A stretch of DNA of 63,691 bases, counting the filler, from Globobulimina sp. (taxonomy: Eukaryota): NCBI GenBank assembly GCA_003354225.1. It is 35 parts of 35 records of this genome, joined end to end, with 100 filler letters (N's around TTAATTAATTAA, not from the genome) between each part and the next. Parts side by side here need not be neighbours in the genome. Positions count along the whole stretch, not along the records: positions 21,885 to 23,607 come from PIVH01012693.1; positions 23,708 to 25,430 come from PIVH01012694.1; positions 25,531 to 27,253 come from PIVH01012695.1; positions 27,354 to 29,076 come from PIVH01012696.1; positions 29,177 to 30,899 come from PIVH01012697.1; positions 31,000 to 32,722 come from PIVH01012698.1; positions 32,823 to 34,545 come from PIVH01012699.1; 28 more parts are not named here. One strand, 5' to 3'. Positions within the stretch are counted from its first letter, which is position 1. Each line of letters begins with the position of its first letter. The position numbers were made by a program, and so were the translations under genes. Below the pieces are notes generated by a model. That model had not been told where the DNA came from. It ran no database searches and was given only the letters and a program-made list of their open reading frames with translations. Positions 21,885 through 33,348 of the stretch are shown in pieces.

Positions 21885-23607
21885 TTCGCATCACCGACGA
21901 ATCCTGATGAGTATCATCTCCATCTCGAACGAGACTGGGTACGGGAGAAAGTCTAGAAGCAATAATAAACTGTTGATTGACACTTGACTGACCTGACACC
22001 ATATGGGACGAAATAGCAGATTCCATAGGGTCATAAATACCATCAGATTGACAAATAATTTGCTGTTCACATCCATTCACAGCTGAATGTTCATAATGAT
22101 GTCGATTGACAGCAGACTGATGAGTATTAATGGTTTTGGACATTATAGAGGCTTCACCATCCAACCCCTTTTCAAAATGACTGTTTTTGAGCTGATTTTC
22201 ATTAAGTTGACTGATAGATTGATTGTGAGACCCCAAATCCGGGCTCAACTGTTGCTGAAACGTAGTATCTATGTCCTTATCAACAAAATCGAACAATAGC
22301 TCACCAATTAGAGTGCCACCCGACTCCAGGGGTTTTTGGCACATTTTTGTCACTTGATTGGTACCTGACGAAAACGAATCATATTGCGGGGGGTCCAACT
22401 CTTGACAAACACTGTCGGTTGACTGCCCCGACTGACCACTGGCAATCACTGAATCCTCAACTCCATTGTGCGCACGTTGAGCTTTAAATTGTCCATTTTC
22501 AACACTATAACCAGTGCAATCGATAGACATTCCATGGGATTCGCAAATGTCACTTTCAGCTTGACATATTGACTGATTGTCCATTCCAAATGACTGACCA
22601 CCACCTGGCAATAATACTGTGGTGTCACATTGAACTTCTTGGTCGCAATAATGATCTGAAAAACTTGCATGAGCAATGACCGACTCGGTGTCGCATTGAC
22701 TTTCATGCAAACGATGACATGACGATTTGACATGACGATTTGACGCTTTAACACCCTCCAATAACGTGGTGTTAGGTCGATTGTCACAACTATAACCTGT
22801 GACTGGCAAAGATGGCAATAAATGTCCTGAATCCGACATTGACGACTGATTGGCGGGCTTTGCTGAAAGAGTAGCACCTATTATCTTATCACAAAAACCG
22901 ATAACCTCACCAATCCTGGGGGCTGATCTGCTCTCACTTGTGGCAGCCCCCACCATCTCCGCCTGTTTGAGAGCCTTCTGGTGACACATATTGACAGAAT
23001 CACTGGAGTTCATTTTACATCCATTTGAGATGCTTGCAAGCTTTATTGCTCCATCTGTCACTTGACACTGACTTTCCATATTCACAGACGAGCAAGAATC
23101 GATCCTGGCCAGGCAATTTGCTCCTTCTTCTTTCAACGAAAGTGTCTGAGAATAATCAGTTTGAAAATATTGATTGTCACCCAACTGGTTAGCTTTTGAC
23201 ATACCATATGAAGCCAAGCTAACAGACTTCGACGCAAAAGAGTATTGTCCACATTCACTGTCAGAACTGGACTGGACTGGATGCACGACCGTGGCATCAG
23301 CTTGATAGAAACCATTAACCTTGTGGCCACATAATATGACTTGACCACACTTGGACACAATACGGGCAGAAATACCACAAAAATCGGCTTGAAAATCACC
23401 TTTAGCTACCAAAGTACCGACAGAAATGACATGGCATGGTAACACAGGAACATGTAGACAGTCTGACAAGTATACATAGGAAGTAAGACCATTTTGTGTC
23501 ACTTTGAGAGTCATAGTACCGGCACCAACAGCTGCAGACTGAGTACCATTATAAAAGGACACCAAAACTGGTACACCAAACTTCTTATAGTCAGATAAAC
23601 AGTTACC
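21885..23607 (-). mobile_element. Ty1/Copia-like polyprotein fragment (protease beta-barrel region) followed by a long Ser/Gln-rich region
   Basis: The ORF spans the whole contig. VSFYNG...VGAGTMTL...LSDCLHVPVLPCHVISVGTL...NGFY matches the Copia GxGxV..L.DVLYVP.L..NLLSV..L..GLY pattern. No introns; higher GC. Confidence 0.7.
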
Positions 23608-23707
23608 NNNNNNNNNNNNNNNNNNNNNNNNNNNNNNNNNNNNNNNNNNNNTTAATTAATTAANNNNNNNNNNNNNNNNNNNNNNNNNNNNNNNNNNNNN
23701 NNNNNNN

Positions 23708-24040
23708 AATGCAAACTTATTTCTTTTTTTGATCTTTGTTCATGGGTTTCAGCACCCAATAAAAGCCCTGGTTTTTTGTGTAAAAAATTAGAGAAAACTT
23801 TAATTGATTCTTAAAGTTTTGAAGAAAAAAAAAAAAAAAAAAATTGGTTAAATAAATAAATTAAAAAAAGTTTTTTTAAATAAATAAATTGGCCCAAAAT
23901 TTTTTTTTTTTTTTTTCTTCAAAACTTTAAGAATCAATTAAAGATTTCTCTAATTTTTTACACAAAAAACCAGGGCTTTTATTGGGTGCTGAAACCCATG
24001 AACAAAGCTCAAAAAAAGAAATAAGTTTGCATTTGCAGTG
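23708..24040. mobile_element. Foldback element with ~140-bp arms and a CACTGCA terminus; left end cut by the contig edge
   Basis: 23708-~23845 is the reverse complement of ~23897-24033 with few mismatches. The right arm continues to ...TGCAGTG at 24040. Confidence 0.75.
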
Positions 24041-24309
24041 AATTATAAAAACACTACAGATGCAGATAGAAAAAAATCCACATTCAAATTAAAATAAATT
24101 AAAATAAAAGAGAAAGTTCATGGTAAAGTTGGTATGCCCTTTGTTTGAGAAATTCTTGAATAATACGAGTTTGGAGCTTTAGTATCAGTTGTTTTGAAGA
24201 GATTTATATCGATTTAATTGAAAAATAAGTTTATCATTAATTGGACATTAAAATATATGCAAATATGCTCATATGAACTGTACAATGCGATACTTACAAT
24301 TAAATATAA

Positions 24310-24393
24310 TTTATTCGATTCTTATAATACATTTTATTCAATTCTTAATACAATTTATTCAATTCTTAATGCAATTTGTTCGATTCTTAATAT
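24310..24393 (+). repeat. ~21-bp minisatellite, 4 copies
   Basis: ATTT(A/G)TTC(A/G)ATTCTTAAT(A/G)C-type units in tandem. Confidence 0.75.
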
Positions 24394-24826
24394 AATTAAT
24401 TGATGATGCGTTTAATGTGAAAAGGACGGATCTTTGATAGCAGATCCATTCACTATAAACATAAACGCATTTTACATAAAGTTTATTTAATGAATAATTA
24501 TATTTAAATTATAAAATAGATAATTTGCGCTAATTCTAAATAATAACAGAAACAATTCCCCAGCACCACAAACACATTACTACCATTTCCATACTTTGTT
24601 AAATTGGTTAACGAGTCTTGATTCATCTTTGTTTATCCTCGTGTAGATATTCAGCAATCAGCAAAACCGATATATATTCTTTATGTGCCACATAATATAA
24701 ATACAATGCTGCATCCGCCTATTATCAGTAATGAGATGCGAAATCCACAGTCATCGGGTGATATATCTATCGATAGCTGCTATACTCGTTTGGAAAAATG
24801 ACTTGCATTAAAAGCTCAGACAACAA

Positions 24827-25102
24827 ATAAATAAGTACAGAAACGTTACACAAACAAACAAACATGTACAGTCATGGGATCACATTGGTTATTAGATCAC
24901 ATATTATTCGTGGCTGGTTCGTTTTATTACAGAATCACTATTTTATGTACTAATACAAGGAATATTCAATATTGCAAGAAAAATGTTTACATTAATTGCC
25001 TTTTGTTTGACCAATAATATGTTGAAAAATCCATTGTTTTGTTGTGCCATTAAATATGTTGGATTGTGCATGACTGTGCATAACGTTTCTGTACTTATTT
25101 AT
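24827..25102. mobile_element. MITE-like element, ~276 bp
   Basis: 22-bp perfect IR ATAAATAAGTACAGAAACGTTA / TAACGTTTCTGTACTTATTTAT, extended inward by TG(T/C)ACAGTCATG. Confidence 0.7.
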
Positions 25103-25530
25103 CAAGTCAAGGACAAGGACAAAATCATTCATTTAAGCTGGTTTTAATCTTATGTGGCCACTCAAAAACTTGACTGTTAGAAAAAAGTTAGTTAGCAGTA
25201 GTCGATCAATTGTTTGTTGAATGAAAATTAAAGTCAAAATTAAATATTTGCAAAGCCCGTATTAAAAAATGCCATATAAAATGCCGTATTAATGAATATA
25301 ACAACTCTACAAAATTTGTTTCAAACTAAAAATACACAAAGTATTTTCGAACAGTCAGTTTATTTATGCAGCTGATAATAATTCAATGGAAGAACCTTTG
25401 GAACAAAAACTGATGGCTGCTCTGTATTTGNNNNNNNNNNNNNNNNNNNNNNNNNNNNNNNNNNNNNNNNNNNNTTAATTAATTAANNNNNNNNNNNNNN
25501 NNNNNNNNNNNNNNNNNNNNNNNNNNNNNN

Positions 25531-27253
25531 GGCTGAACCACTTCATTGAGAAGACACAAACGAAAACGCAAGATTCGGCAAATGGTGACCATCCGGACAC
25601 CGCCGTTAAAAATATTATCATTGCATGCGAGTTTTATTGTGAAATTGCTGGATATTTACAATAATTATTTAGCGTTTTCCTCTGATACTGAAACAAGAAT
25701 GGTTTATTTGGATATTGATGCACATTATAATCAATTGAAGAATGTCAATGTAGCAAAGGAGAAGGAAAAAGCCGTTGAAATGAAGAAACCGATGTTATTA
25801 ATTGACGACTATTCGAGTGGGGAAGAGGCGGAACATTCCATTATCGATATCTATGATAAACAGGAGAAAAAACTAAAGAAGAAACAAATGAAAATGGATG
25901 AGAAACAGCAGGAGAATGAGGAGGAAGCAAAGAAATTAGAATTAGGAACACAAATTGTTGACTTATCAGATTCAGATTCGAATGCCTCCATTGCAGGAAC
26001 TCAACAGTATGCGAGTCAGCTGATTGACAAACATAAGCTCGTATATAATATATACAAGAAACCCAAAGCATCGATGCGGAATGTCTCTGTTGTCTTTGAT
26101 AGCGATGGTTGTCCATCCATCAAACACCACGCTGCCAGTTTCATGTTAATACCATCCATTTATGAATTCAATCGATTCGTGCAATCTACCACAAAGAGCA
26201 AAAGTTAATATAATATATATTGCGGATATACAGCTAATTATATATTGATTTACTAGGTAGCGTCAAGAGAGAATTGGGCCGACAATATCCATTCCAAATG
26301 ATTGGTGACTTTGCGGACCACGCACATCGCATTGACCTCAGTACACAGACCATTGAGGATGAAACTTTTACGCATTTTCCCAGCTCCTCCAATTCTACCA
26401 GTTTGAGCAAAAAGTTAATTGGAAATATCGTCATTTTAGATGTAAACGGCTCGAGTGATAACACTATGAATGTGGATGTAAATGCATTGGATTATAATGT
26501 GATTGAAAAAGAGATTTTAGATCGCAGCCAAGCTATGTTTGACGTGAATCAAATCTCACAAATCGTACATCGCAGATTCGAGTCTTATGTTCGAATCCGT
26601 GCGTTGCAAATTGTGTCGTTTGATAAGTTGTTAGTAGGTACGGATGAAGATGTATTTGTGTATGATTTGTATAAACGGAAGTTATCATATTGTCTCAATA
26701 TGGCGGAATGTGGCAATATTATAGAAACGTGTTTGTATAATACATTTTTATTCGTGCTAACCGAGAGCAGTATGCATGTATATTCATCGGAGCCCACTGA
26801 GAATGGCCAGTTATTGCTATTGTGGAGCCATCCATTGCTACGGATGCGAGGCTTGAAAATATTGCAAGGCCATAACAAATTTTGCTTGGAATTTGGCTCT
26901 CAGACAGAAATGGATCGGTTCTCTGTTAACGCGGATGGCAAAAGAATCAGATTATATCCGTTTGATTTGCGACTACGTATTCAGTCACCCAATGACCCCG
27001 AAAAAAGGCCGTTGACTATTTTTGAAGAGAATTCCCCTAAAAATATATTATTATTCGAATGGACGCCGACCTCCGAAATGGTGTTGTCACTCATTACAAA
27101 ATCGCACGAAGCTATGATCCAGAAAGTATTCCAACGTTCGCGGCATTTATTGATCATTGCTTTGGAACTGATTAAAATCCGCAAATCGTATTTGTTTGCA
27201 TTGTACAAAGCGATCAAAAGAAACAAGAATAAATATCAGAAAAAGCAGCCAAA
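25531..27253 (+). CDS. Hypothetical protein, possibly beta-propeller-like; partial at both ends, one intron near 26204-26257
   Basis: Two long ORFs separated by an AT-rich GT..AG segment; beta-rich LLVGTDEDVFVYDL. Confidence 0.55.
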
Positions 27254-27527
27254 NNNNNNNNNNNNNNNNNNNNNNNNNNNNNNNNNNNNNNNNNNNNTTA
27301 ATTAATTAANNNNNNNNNNNNNNNNNNNNNNNNNNNNNNNNNNNNNNNNNNNNACAGTCTGCACCTCACACATTTCTAGCTTGTCCCAAACTCAATTGAG
27401 TTCCGGCCCCAGCCACACCTACAAAACCAAAATGAGCTCACCCGCGTCAACCCGAAGCAACAAATCTAAGAACGTACAAAAAGTCTGACACATAGAAAAA
27501 ATCTGTTAGAACGATGTATAATATTAA

Positions 27528-28262
27528 TTATTGCAATTGATTTATAAAAAAACATACTTTGCATGATCTGGTGCACGATTTATACCATGCAAAGCAAGCA
27601 ATCAATATAAAAGCAGTACAAACACATACGATAATGATGCCTCTCAATAAGGGTGTATGTGTTTGATTAAATGTGAACTCAGATTGGCAATTTTGGAGAT
27701 AGCAAGTTATATATTGATTGATCTGTTTATAATTTGATGGGCATTTATATTCCGATATTAATGTGTGATTATCACATTTGTCTTTTATTGTTGCATAATA
27801 TGTGTACAAATCACCTTCACATTGTTCATTTCCATTGCATGCATAATAACATGTAGTCAGATTAAGTGCAAATAAGTAGCATGTTTCCTTGGTATCTGCT
27901 GTATTATGATGAATGCCATCAATCACAATTTGTCCACCATACCAAACACCAACGACACTCCCTATAAATGTGATTAATACTAATGCGAGGAACAAAGCAG
28001 ACACTATTTCTGTACAAATTTTAAAATTTCTATCATATTCATATGTCAGCTCTCGTTTGTTCTGAGCTCGAGTGTGAGACTTCGGACAGGTTGATGTTAG
28101 CTGTGCTCTTAAATCAGTTGGAGTTGTTGATTTATTGCAATCGTTATCATCCAGTGCGTCATAGAGTTTGTTGGTGCTTCGATCAACCATTGGAATATGA
28201 GATTTTGAAACACTCTCAAATGGATCATATTTAGATTTCCAATCATTTAGATTATATGTCAT
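27528..28262 (-). CDS. Two-TM protein with a Cys-rich extracellular loop
   Basis: TM1 IVSALFLALVLITFIG, a loop with ~7 Cys and N-glycosylation sites, TM2 GIIIVCVCTAFILIACFAW. Confidence 0.65.
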   Translation of the reverse strand: MTYNLNDWKSKYDPFESVSKSHIPMVDRSTNKLYDALDDNDCNKSTTPTDLRAQLTSTCPKSHTRAQNKRELTYEYDRNFKICTEIVSALFLALVLITFIGSVVGVWYGGQIVIDGIHHNTADTKETCYLFALNLTTCYYACNGNEQCEGDLYTYYATIKDKCDNHTLISEYKCPSNYKQINQYITCYLQNCQSEFTFNQTHTPLLRGIIIVCVCTAFILIACFAWYKSCTRSCKVCFFINQLQ

Positions 28263-28622
28263 TATGTGACACTTCAGAAAATTAATCAATCTTTTTTTTT
28301 GGGGCAATTCTATGATTCCTTTTACAGATCATCTGATGTGACAATTATATGCGTATTACAAATTGTTAACCTTGATAATTATACAAATTTAGGATCTTCA
28401 AACAAAAAAAAAATCAACATCATCAATAAAATATCCATTAATATTTTAACCTTTACAAAAAATAGAGTATTATTTGCATTGAATTTTTATCGACGATGTT
28501 GATTTTTTTTTGTTTGAATGGCCTCAATTGGTTCAGTCATAAAACAACACAAAACAATTTTTCATCATCACTACATTTACTCAATGTTTTTATCAATCCA
28601 CCACCACATACAACAGAAATAG

Positions 28623-29075
28623 TTAATGTACATTGTTGTGTTTGTTTATAGCAACATGCATTGTTTTTGCGTTTTCATATTCCAACTCTTGTTGATATTT
28701 CTCTGCGATTAGTGCTGGTTCAGTCATAATTAACGCGTAAATCAATGATATAACGGTAAATATTGCAGAAATATATGAAGCAAATCGAATATTAATTTCA
28801 TTCGATAAGTAACCAACAATAATTGGCGCCGCTAGATTTGATATATTTTCAAACATTCTATAAATTGAATAAAATTGGTTTCTAAATTTTATTGGAGATA
28901 AATCCGTTCCAATTGTCATTGTTAAACCGGACGCAATTCCGTCTGCAACACCCCATAGCAACGAATTATAGATCAAATAATCAAAAGTATTGCAGTAACT
29001 TATCGATAACATTGCGACACAGAACATGAACATACATATGACTGCATTATATTTCCTGCCACAATGATCCATCAC
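28623..29075 (-). CDS. MFS transporter C-terminal half, 5' partial
   Basis: DHCGRK loop motif, TDLSPIKFRNQF and APIIVGYLS among TM helices. Confidence 0.8.
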   Translation of the reverse strand: MMDHCGRKYNAVICMFMFCVAMLSISYCNTFDYLIYNSLLWGVADGIASGLTMTIGTDLSPIKFRNQFYSIYRMFENISNLAAPIIVGYLSNEINIRFASYISAIFTVISLIYALIMTEPALIAEKYQQELEYENAKTMHVAINKHNNVH

Positions 29076-29177
29076 ANNNNNNNNNNNNNNNNNNNNNNNN
29101 NNNNNNNNNNNNNNNNNNNNTTAATTAATTAANNNNNNNNNNNNNNNNNNNNNNNNNNNNNNNNNNNNNNNNNNNNA

Positions 29178-29750
29178 TCCATTGTTGATAATAACTATGA
29201 GATATTATTCGTATCACAATTTACTTTATATGCTCGAATGAAAGGCACAAAACCAGATTATTCGCATGCGATGACACCTGATGATGCACAAAAATTATAT
29301 AATAAATTTCTTGATTTAGCACGAAATAAATATAATTCTGAGAAAATATTTGATGGTCAATTTGGTGCCACAATGAAAGTATTGATCGAAAATGATGGAC
29401 CAGTCACAATTTGTTTAAATACGGATGATTCCGTAGCAAAACAACCAAAAGACCCAAATTCAAATAAATCACAAAAGAAAAAACAAACCAAAATTAATAA
29501 TAAAATTAAGAGAAACGCTTATAAACAAAAGAAAAAGGACAACGAATCAAAACAAGAAGATGATAATAAAGCAAATGCAAGCAATAAGAAAGAAGAAGAT
29601 GATAATAAAGCGAATGTAAGCAATATTAGTTTACAATCATCGCAACCATCTGGATCGGGGTCGTTGTTTGGTGCGCCGCCTCCAGTACAATCATTTGCAA
29701 ATTCTGATCCTTTGATCATAAAATTAGATAAAGTGATACAAATGCTGTAA
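29178..29750 (+). CDS. DTD1: D-aminoacyl-tRNA deacylase with C-terminal extension, 5' partial
   Basis: Signature motifs VSQFTL, GQFGATM and ENDGPVT. Confidence 0.92.
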   Translation, partial: SIVDNNYEILFVSQFTLYARMKGTKPDYSHAMTPDDAQKLYNKFLDLARNKYNSEKIFDGQFGATMKVLIENDGPVTICLNTDDSVAKQPKDPNSNKSQKKKQTKINNKIKRNAYKQKKKDNESKQEDDNKANASNKKEEDDNKANVSNISLQSSQPSGSGSLFGAPPPVQSFANSDPLIIKLDKVIQML

Positions 29751-30064
29751 TTGATAGAAACGTTCCTCTGAGAGAAATATGTATAAAAACACTTCTAAAA
29801 ACGATGAAAACAGTGATATAGCTTTATATTTTTATCATTTGATACCTAAACAATTTTTTTATATAAGAGATTTGACGCTTACTTTCCCCGTACTTAGGTT
29901 TTAGTTTATCCTCGCACACCAGCTGCAGAGAGATGGTGATAACGATGATGACCTAAAACGTCTAAAAACTAATCCCTCCGAACAAATCTACAGGGAACGT
30001 AATCGTTTCTATATACTTGGTATATTAAAACTGTACTAGTGCCCTCACCTCACTTTCTTTGAAA

Positions 30065-30898
30065 ATGGGGAGTTGTGCTAGCGATAATTGCAAAAAGACA
30101 TCCATTAATAGGTATGACAGTATCACAATGCCTATGTCAAATAAAATTGGTACTATCGGTGATAACTATGAATATGATCATGAAGACGCTTTCTCTCATT
30201 GTCAAGCAACTGTGCCAATGACATCAAGTCCAAACAACACTCAATTTGTTGTCTCAAATTTAGACGGATATGAAACTAGCTCCGATGAGATAAGTCAGAT
30301 AACTCAGAAAAATCAAACGACAATGACAAACATGCCAATTCATAATGAAATGAAAGTAAATAAATATAAAAATTCAGTTGATTATACATCTGGGCAATTT
30401 ACGGATGTATTAATGACAAACTTGGATGAAAACAATACGCAACAGACACGGATAGCTGTTAAGAAAATTATCATTGGCAATTGGACCAACCAAACAGCCG
30501 CAAAATCTGCAGAAAATGAACTGAAAATATTAAAATTATGCAATGGACATAACAATATCGTAAAACTGATGGACTCTTTCTACGAAATCCAATATGATAA
30601 TTTATATTTGCATTTAGTAATGGAATTTATACCAAACACATTGGAAAATGTCATAAATAAATATTCTTCCAACGGACAGTGCATTCCATTTAAATTAATC
30701 CAAGTCTACGCATATCAAATATTGCGCGCTTTGAACTATATAAACCATATTAAACACGTTATTTATAGAAATTTGAACCCTGAAAATATATTAATTGATC
30801 CGATCACAAATTGCGTAAAAATATGCGATTTTGCTTCCGCTAAATGTGCTAAAAATGATGTGTTATCTATGTTGGATTTTTATGTTTGTTGCAGATAA
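30065..30898 (+). CDS. GSK3/CMGC-like pseudokinase with an MGxCxS acylation motif
   Basis: IAVKK, LYLHLVMEFIP and IQVYAYQILRALNYI are present, but YRNLNPEN replaces HRDxKPxN and DFA replaces DFG. TAA follows YVCCR at the contig edge. Confidence 0.75.
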   Translation: MGSCASDNCKKTSINRYDSITMPMSNKIGTIGDNYEYDHEDAFSHCQATVPMTSSPNNTQFVVSNLDGYETSSDEISQITQKNQTTMTNMPIHNEMKVNKYKNSVDYTSGQFTDVLMTNLDENNTQQTRIAVKKIIIGNWTNQTAAKSAENELKILKLCNGHNNIVKLMDSFYEIQYDNLYLHLVMEFIPNTLENVINKYSSNGQCIPFKLIQVYAYQILRALNYINHIKHVIYRNLNPENILIDPITNCVKICDFASAKCAKNDVLSMLDFYVCCR

Positions 30899-30999
30899 TN
30901 NNNNNNNNNNNNNNNNNNNNNNNNNNNNNNNNNNNNNNNNNNNTTAATTAATTAANNNNNNNNNNNNNNNNNNNNNNNNNNNNNNNNNNNNNNNNNNNN

Positions 31000-32133
31000 C
31001 GGTGATGGCGACATTGAATTGGTAGAACTCGTAATTTCAATGTTTTCAAATTCTGCTTCGGTAATTTCAACTCTTTTGCAGGCCTTTTTCTTCATAATAT
31101 CGCGGATATTATTTGCAACCTCAACTGTTACGGTCGACGGCGATGATAAAACGACATGATGCTTAACGGCAGAATTTGGCACATTTATTTTTAATTCTTT
31201 GATATTGACTTTTTTCGCATTTGATCGGGTCCGCACCCTCTCCATTCGCGTAAATTGTTGGTCTTCTTTCGGTGCATCGCAAAGAATGATACAAACTCTG
31301 TGCAAAACACAACAAAGTATTTTATATAATTTGTTATGGATTGGATGCAATAGAATTAATATGCCGCCGTTGATAAAAAGATCAATAATTGCGTAATTAT
31401 AACCAAATGAAAATGTATAACACAGAAATATTAATATCATCAATGAAAATATCGACGTTAAATATAATACGCAATATTTAATGAGTACGTTATATAATTT
31501 ATAGGACAGTTGCTTGTTTTCTTGGTGCATTATTAAGCGATATAAGGGAGAAATAAATAAGTATACGCAATAAATAACAATTAATAAATCCAAGCAAGAT
31601 ACGATGGAAAAATAGAATATCGATTCGAATGTTGTTGTCATTGAACAGCCAAACTGTTTTTCATTGTACCTGATATCCATTACATTGATATGTTGGATGG
31701 TAATTATTAAATATATTGTAATCACTACATATAATACATATATATGTAATTTACTTAAAGCGAACATAGTGCCATCATAAATCACTGCGATTCGCCGAAC
31801 AAATATTAAATAGATTATACACCGGGTAATATGAAATAAAAGCATGCAAAATTTAGTGCGTGTTTTACACTGTGAATCATTTTGGGAAAACAGAAAATTC
31901 AATGCAATTAATACCATATCAATCAACATCAAAAACAAATCGGCATATATCATTAAACGGATATCAATCGAGGTATTATCTGAGGATTCACTGTCTCCGT
32001 AAAGTCTCCCTAGCACTTTCTTAACAATGTCACACGTGATACCAATGACAAATAGTAAAATAATGATCAGTGCAACACTTCCTACAATAATTTGTGTAGT
32101 GCTATAATTTGCAATGAAATATGAATGGATCAT
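31000..32133 (-). CDS. 7TM GPCR-like protein, 3' partial
   Basis: Seven hydrophobic helices, YLFISPL in TM5, and a Cys-rich helix-8 region (LYKILCCVLH). Confidence 0.7.
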
Positions 32134-32228
32134 CAGTTAAGTAGTGCTTTGCAATGAAATATGTAGCGGACTGTGAAAACTGACAAAAAAACAATGAACA
32201 TATAAATCATTTAATTCATATATTAATT

Positions 32229-32720
32229 TTAAAATCTAGTACTTCCAATAGTTTGGTCTGGATGAAATTTCCGTGTTGTAAACTTTGCGTCGTCAGTACT
32301 TCTCCATCGTACATTCAACCGTGAATCTTCCACAGATTGGTCAGAATATACATCATATGTTACCATCGCTGGATATTTATTTTTATCGCCATACAATGTC
32401 TTATCAACGCTTTGCTCCTCATCTTCGACATTGGGTCGGAAATATTTGACATTGTTCGCACTCAATACAATGTCCGACGATTCAAAACATAAAAAAGTAA
32501 TCCTTTGCTGACTATCATTAAACACAATATTAATATTTTTACATCCGTCCAATCGATATGAATATAAAATGTTGCAACAAACAATTTTAATATTATTACA
32601 TTGATGCAACTCACATTGGGACAAAATATATGGAAATTGAATGGATATGTTATCACAGGATTTGATTAATAAATGATTGAACTTTGCTGCTGCTATATTA
32701 ATATCACAGTTGTTACAATC
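32229..32720 (-). CDS. C-CAP/cofactor-C beta-helix domain protein, 5' partial
   Basis: Repeats DCNNCDINI, KFNHLLIKSCDNISI, CELHQCNNIKI, RLDGCKNINI, FESSDIVL. Confidence 0.65.
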   Translation of the reverse strand, partial: DCNNCDINIAAAKFNHLLIKSCDNISIQFPYILSQCELHQCNNIKIVCCNILYSYRLDGCKNINIVFNDSQQRITFLCFESSDIVLSANNVKYFRPNVEDEEQSVDKTLYGDKNKYPAMVTYDVYSDQSVEDSRLNVRWRSTDDAKFTTRKFHPDQTIGSTRF

Positions 32721-33348
32721 TTNNNNNNNNNNNNNNNNNNNNNNNNNNNNNNNNNNNNNNNNNNNNTTAATTAATTAANNNNNNNNNNNNNNNNNNNNNN
32801 NNNNNNNNNNNNNNNNNNNNNNATATCAACAAAATTGATGTTAGTTTGGAAATTCATCATGAATGAAACATTCGATATTGATGTATGATTGATATTTGTA
32901 TCAATGGATTCATAAATTGCTACTATTTGACCTGTGTTTTCCGTGGAAAGTGCAATATGGCGTCCATATTATGGCATGTATAGCCATGCAAAATACGAGA
33001 TTATGCCTAAAATTGCCAAGCACGCAATTTTTCTCTTTGCCATTAGAGAATGTCTACTAAAATTTGTATTCTCTTTCTCTTTCAGGCAACTGGGCCCCTT
33101 GGGGAGCACTCCAAGTGCATCACGGGCATCCAAGGATGCAGCTTTAAATTATTATTATTATTATTATTATAACAAAAATTCAATAAATTTGTATTCAATG
33201 ATGTATGTATGATGTTAAATGTTAATTAATTGAATTTATTTTGTTAAATATCGGATATTGCATAAATGTAGGTAATTATTCAAACCTAGGTGATGGACAC
33301 AGAAAATAAACTTTGTTACTAAAAGCTCTACCCGTGATTGATCTGATC

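Noticed and set aside
14660..30898. Genome-wide reassignment of TAA or TGA to a sense codon
   Set aside because: Conserved genes (kinesin, TDO, NUP62, DTD, sulfotransferase) have no internal stops, and TAA, TAG and TGA all end genes normally.
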